Assembly: GCA_965140785.1 (NCBI GenBank)
Contig: OZ223475.1
Coordinates: 160,001 to 224,000, forward strand
Direction of reading: 5' to 3'
Length of the DNA stretch: 64,000 nt
DNA from: an uncultured Ruficoccus sp.
GTDB lineage: Bacteria; Verrucomicrobiota; Verrucomicrobiia; Opitutales; Cerasicoccaceae
Shown here: in pieces, positions 62,315 through 64,000 of the stretch
How positions within the stretch are numbered: the first letter of the stretch is position 1
Layout of the letters: every line of letters starts with the position of its first letter
Made by a program: the position numbers and the translations under genes
Notes under the pieces: generated by a model
Databases searched by the model: none
What the model saw: the letters and a program-made list of their open reading frames with translations, nothing else
Told to the model about the DNA's origin: nothing

Positions 62315-63361
62315 ATGGATGAAAATGAGAAAAGCGGTCTCTCACCGAAACCGGTGACGTTACAAGTGATTGCAGATCGCGCCGGCGTCACCAAAGCGCT
62401 GGTTTCTATGGCACTGCGGGGTTCACCGCGAGTGGCGACCGCTACCAAAGAAAAAATCCAGTCTTTGGCTAAGGAGATGGGGTACCGCTCCAACCCTATG
62501 GTGCGGGCGCTGATGTCGGAAGTGCGCCAGGGCAGCAGCGGCTACCGAGCGACACTGGCATTCGTCACAAATCTTTCCACCGCAGATGCCTGGCAACAAC
62601 TGAGCGTTTATCCTGAGTACATGTCGGGCGCGCAGAAAGCCGGCCAGCGATTGGGCTACCAGATTGAGCATTTTTGGCTCGGTCAATTCCGTTCCAACCC
62701 GTCGCGCCTGAGCGATATTTTATGCGCCCGCGGCATCCCCGGCATTCTTGTGGCCCCGCTTCCCCACAAGGATAACCACTTCAACTTAGACTTGTCGAAA
62801 TTCAGCGCCGTGTCCTTTGGCTATTCCTTGAAAGAGCCGAGAGTGCCGCGAGTATGCAACAACCATGTTCAAACGGTTCGTAATGCGGTGGAGCAGTTGG
62901 TTAGGCGAGGATATCAGCACATCGGTTTTGCGATCGAAGACCGGGAGTTCCGTCAGGTGAATTACCTCTGGAAGGCCGGAATAACCGTAGCCCAGTGCGT
63001 CCATCCCGATCTTAAAATATCAATGTTTCACTCCAAATCCTGGTCAAAGTCTTCGTTTGAGAAATGGTTTAATCGTGTCCGTCCTGAGGTGATTGTTGGC
63101 CTCAAACATGAGATTCTCCTATGGCTCAAAGAGCTTGAACTTTCAATTCCTGAAGATGTCGGTTTCCTTCATCTGGACTGCCGATGGAATGAGGCGACAA
63201 GCGGTATGTACCAAAACACTGAAAGCCTCGGGTCCACTGCGGTGGAGCTACTGGCCAATCTCGTAGAATCCAACATCACCATTGAGAATGTGCAGATGCG
63301 GGTGGTGATGCTACAAAGCAATTTCAACGAAGGCAGAACGCTTCGTCCGCTCCCCAAGTGA
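62315..63361 (+). CDS. LacI-family transcriptional regulator
   Basis: TLQVIADRAGVTKALVSMALR, GYRSNPMVRALM, IPEDVGFLHL. Confidence 0.92.
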   Translation: MDENEKSGLSPKPVTLQVIADRAGVTKALVSMALRGSPRVATATKEKIQSLAKEMGYRSNPMVRALMSEVRQGSSGYRATLAFVTNLSTADAWQQLSVYPEYMSGAQKAGQRLGYQIEHFWLGQFRSNPSRLSDILCARGIPGILVAPLPHKDNHFNLDLSKFSAVSFGYSLKEPRVPRVCNNHVQTVRNAVEQLVRRGYQHIGFAIEDREFRQVNYLWKAGITVAQCVHPDLKISMFHSKSWSKSSFEKWFNRVRPEVIVGLKHEILLWLKELELSIPEDVGFLHLDCRWNEATSGMYQNTESLGSTAVELLANLVESNITIENVQMRVVMLQSNFNEGRTLRPLPK

Positions 63362-63496
63362 AGCAGCCTAGGGCCTGTGCATCGGCTCTCCAGTTTTACG
63401 TGTTCAATTGAAAAGTATTTGTTTGGCACATGTGGGATATAGTTTCCTTGGCGATTCTAGGAAGACCTAAAATGAAACTATTTACACCCGTCAAAC

Positions 63497-64000
63497 ATGA
63501 CAGCCCCGCTGAAACCCGTTAGCGTTATCTTGATCGGCATTGGTGGTTACGGAGTCCGTTATCTGGAAGAAATGCAGAAGCTTGAAGCCGATGGCAAAGC
63601 GTTCATTCTCGCCATCATAGATCCTTTTGCTGAAAACAGCCCTAACTGGCCGAAACTGAACGCGAAAGGCGTGCGCCGATTCGATCACATCGAGGCGTGC
63701 ATTGAAGCCGGCTACATCGCGGATCTAGCCGCAATCGTCTCTCCCATCGCCTTCCACGCCGACCAAGCCTGCGCGGCTTTGAGCGCTGGCATGAATGTCC
63801 TGTGCGAGAAGCCAATTTGCGCGACCACTTTTGACGCACAACGAATGGTCGACGCCCGTGACCGATCTGGTAAGTTCCTTGAAATCGGTTTTCAATGGTC
63901 TTTTAGCCAGGTGATTCAATCCCTTAAATCGGATGCCTTAATGGGCGACTTTGGCACGCCGAAGTGCTTTACGACCTGCGTCGCCTGGCCCAGAGGCGAG
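63497..64000 (+). CDS. Gfo/Idh/MocA-family oxidoreductase (runs off the window; not in ORF track)
   Basis: Hand translation MTAPLKPVSVILIGIGGYG...GMNVLCEKP...LEIGFQW. Confidence 0.88.
   Translation, partial: MTAPLKPVSVILIGIGGYGVRYLEEMQKLEADGKAFILAIIDPFAENSPNWPKLNAKGVRRFDHIEACIEAGYIADLAAIVSPIAFHADQACAALSAGMNVLCEKPICATTFDAQRMVDARDRSGKFLEIGFQWSFSQVIQSLKSDALMGDFGTPKCFTTCVAWPRGE

Overview
The window is an accessory, carbohydrate-utilisation-rich region. Four PEP-CTERM genes, two prepilin/H-X9-DG genes and Opitutales-style LacI regulators suggest a PVC-superphylum bacterium, probably Verrucomicrobiota/Opitutales (inference). It holds four PUL-like modules (0.3-6.9, 10.3-19.8, 27-56 and 57-64 kb) separated by mobile-element debris: an rve integrase relic, IS3-family elements, a tyrosine integrase with kptA cargo, and an IS-truncated prophage tail remnant. 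Main signals: (1) three related 37-48 bp hairpin inserts (TACCGA...GACA..AAGCG(A/C)AGCG) that each split an inferred Glu codon in a transposase/integrase gene, two at the same ECLN motif; (2) three degenerate copies of a tmRNA-3'-end-like att core with arm-type repeats, suggesting tandem island accretion; (3) a sugar-catabolism operon (PfkB, IolB, FGGY kinase, AGPS-like FAD enzyme, Fe-S protein, class II aldolase, Fuc/Ara isomerase, GH4) that matches no pathway I know; (4) two recurrent operator-like motifs. No CRISPR, rRNA or intact tRNA was seen. Family calls are by eye from motifs; no searches were run.
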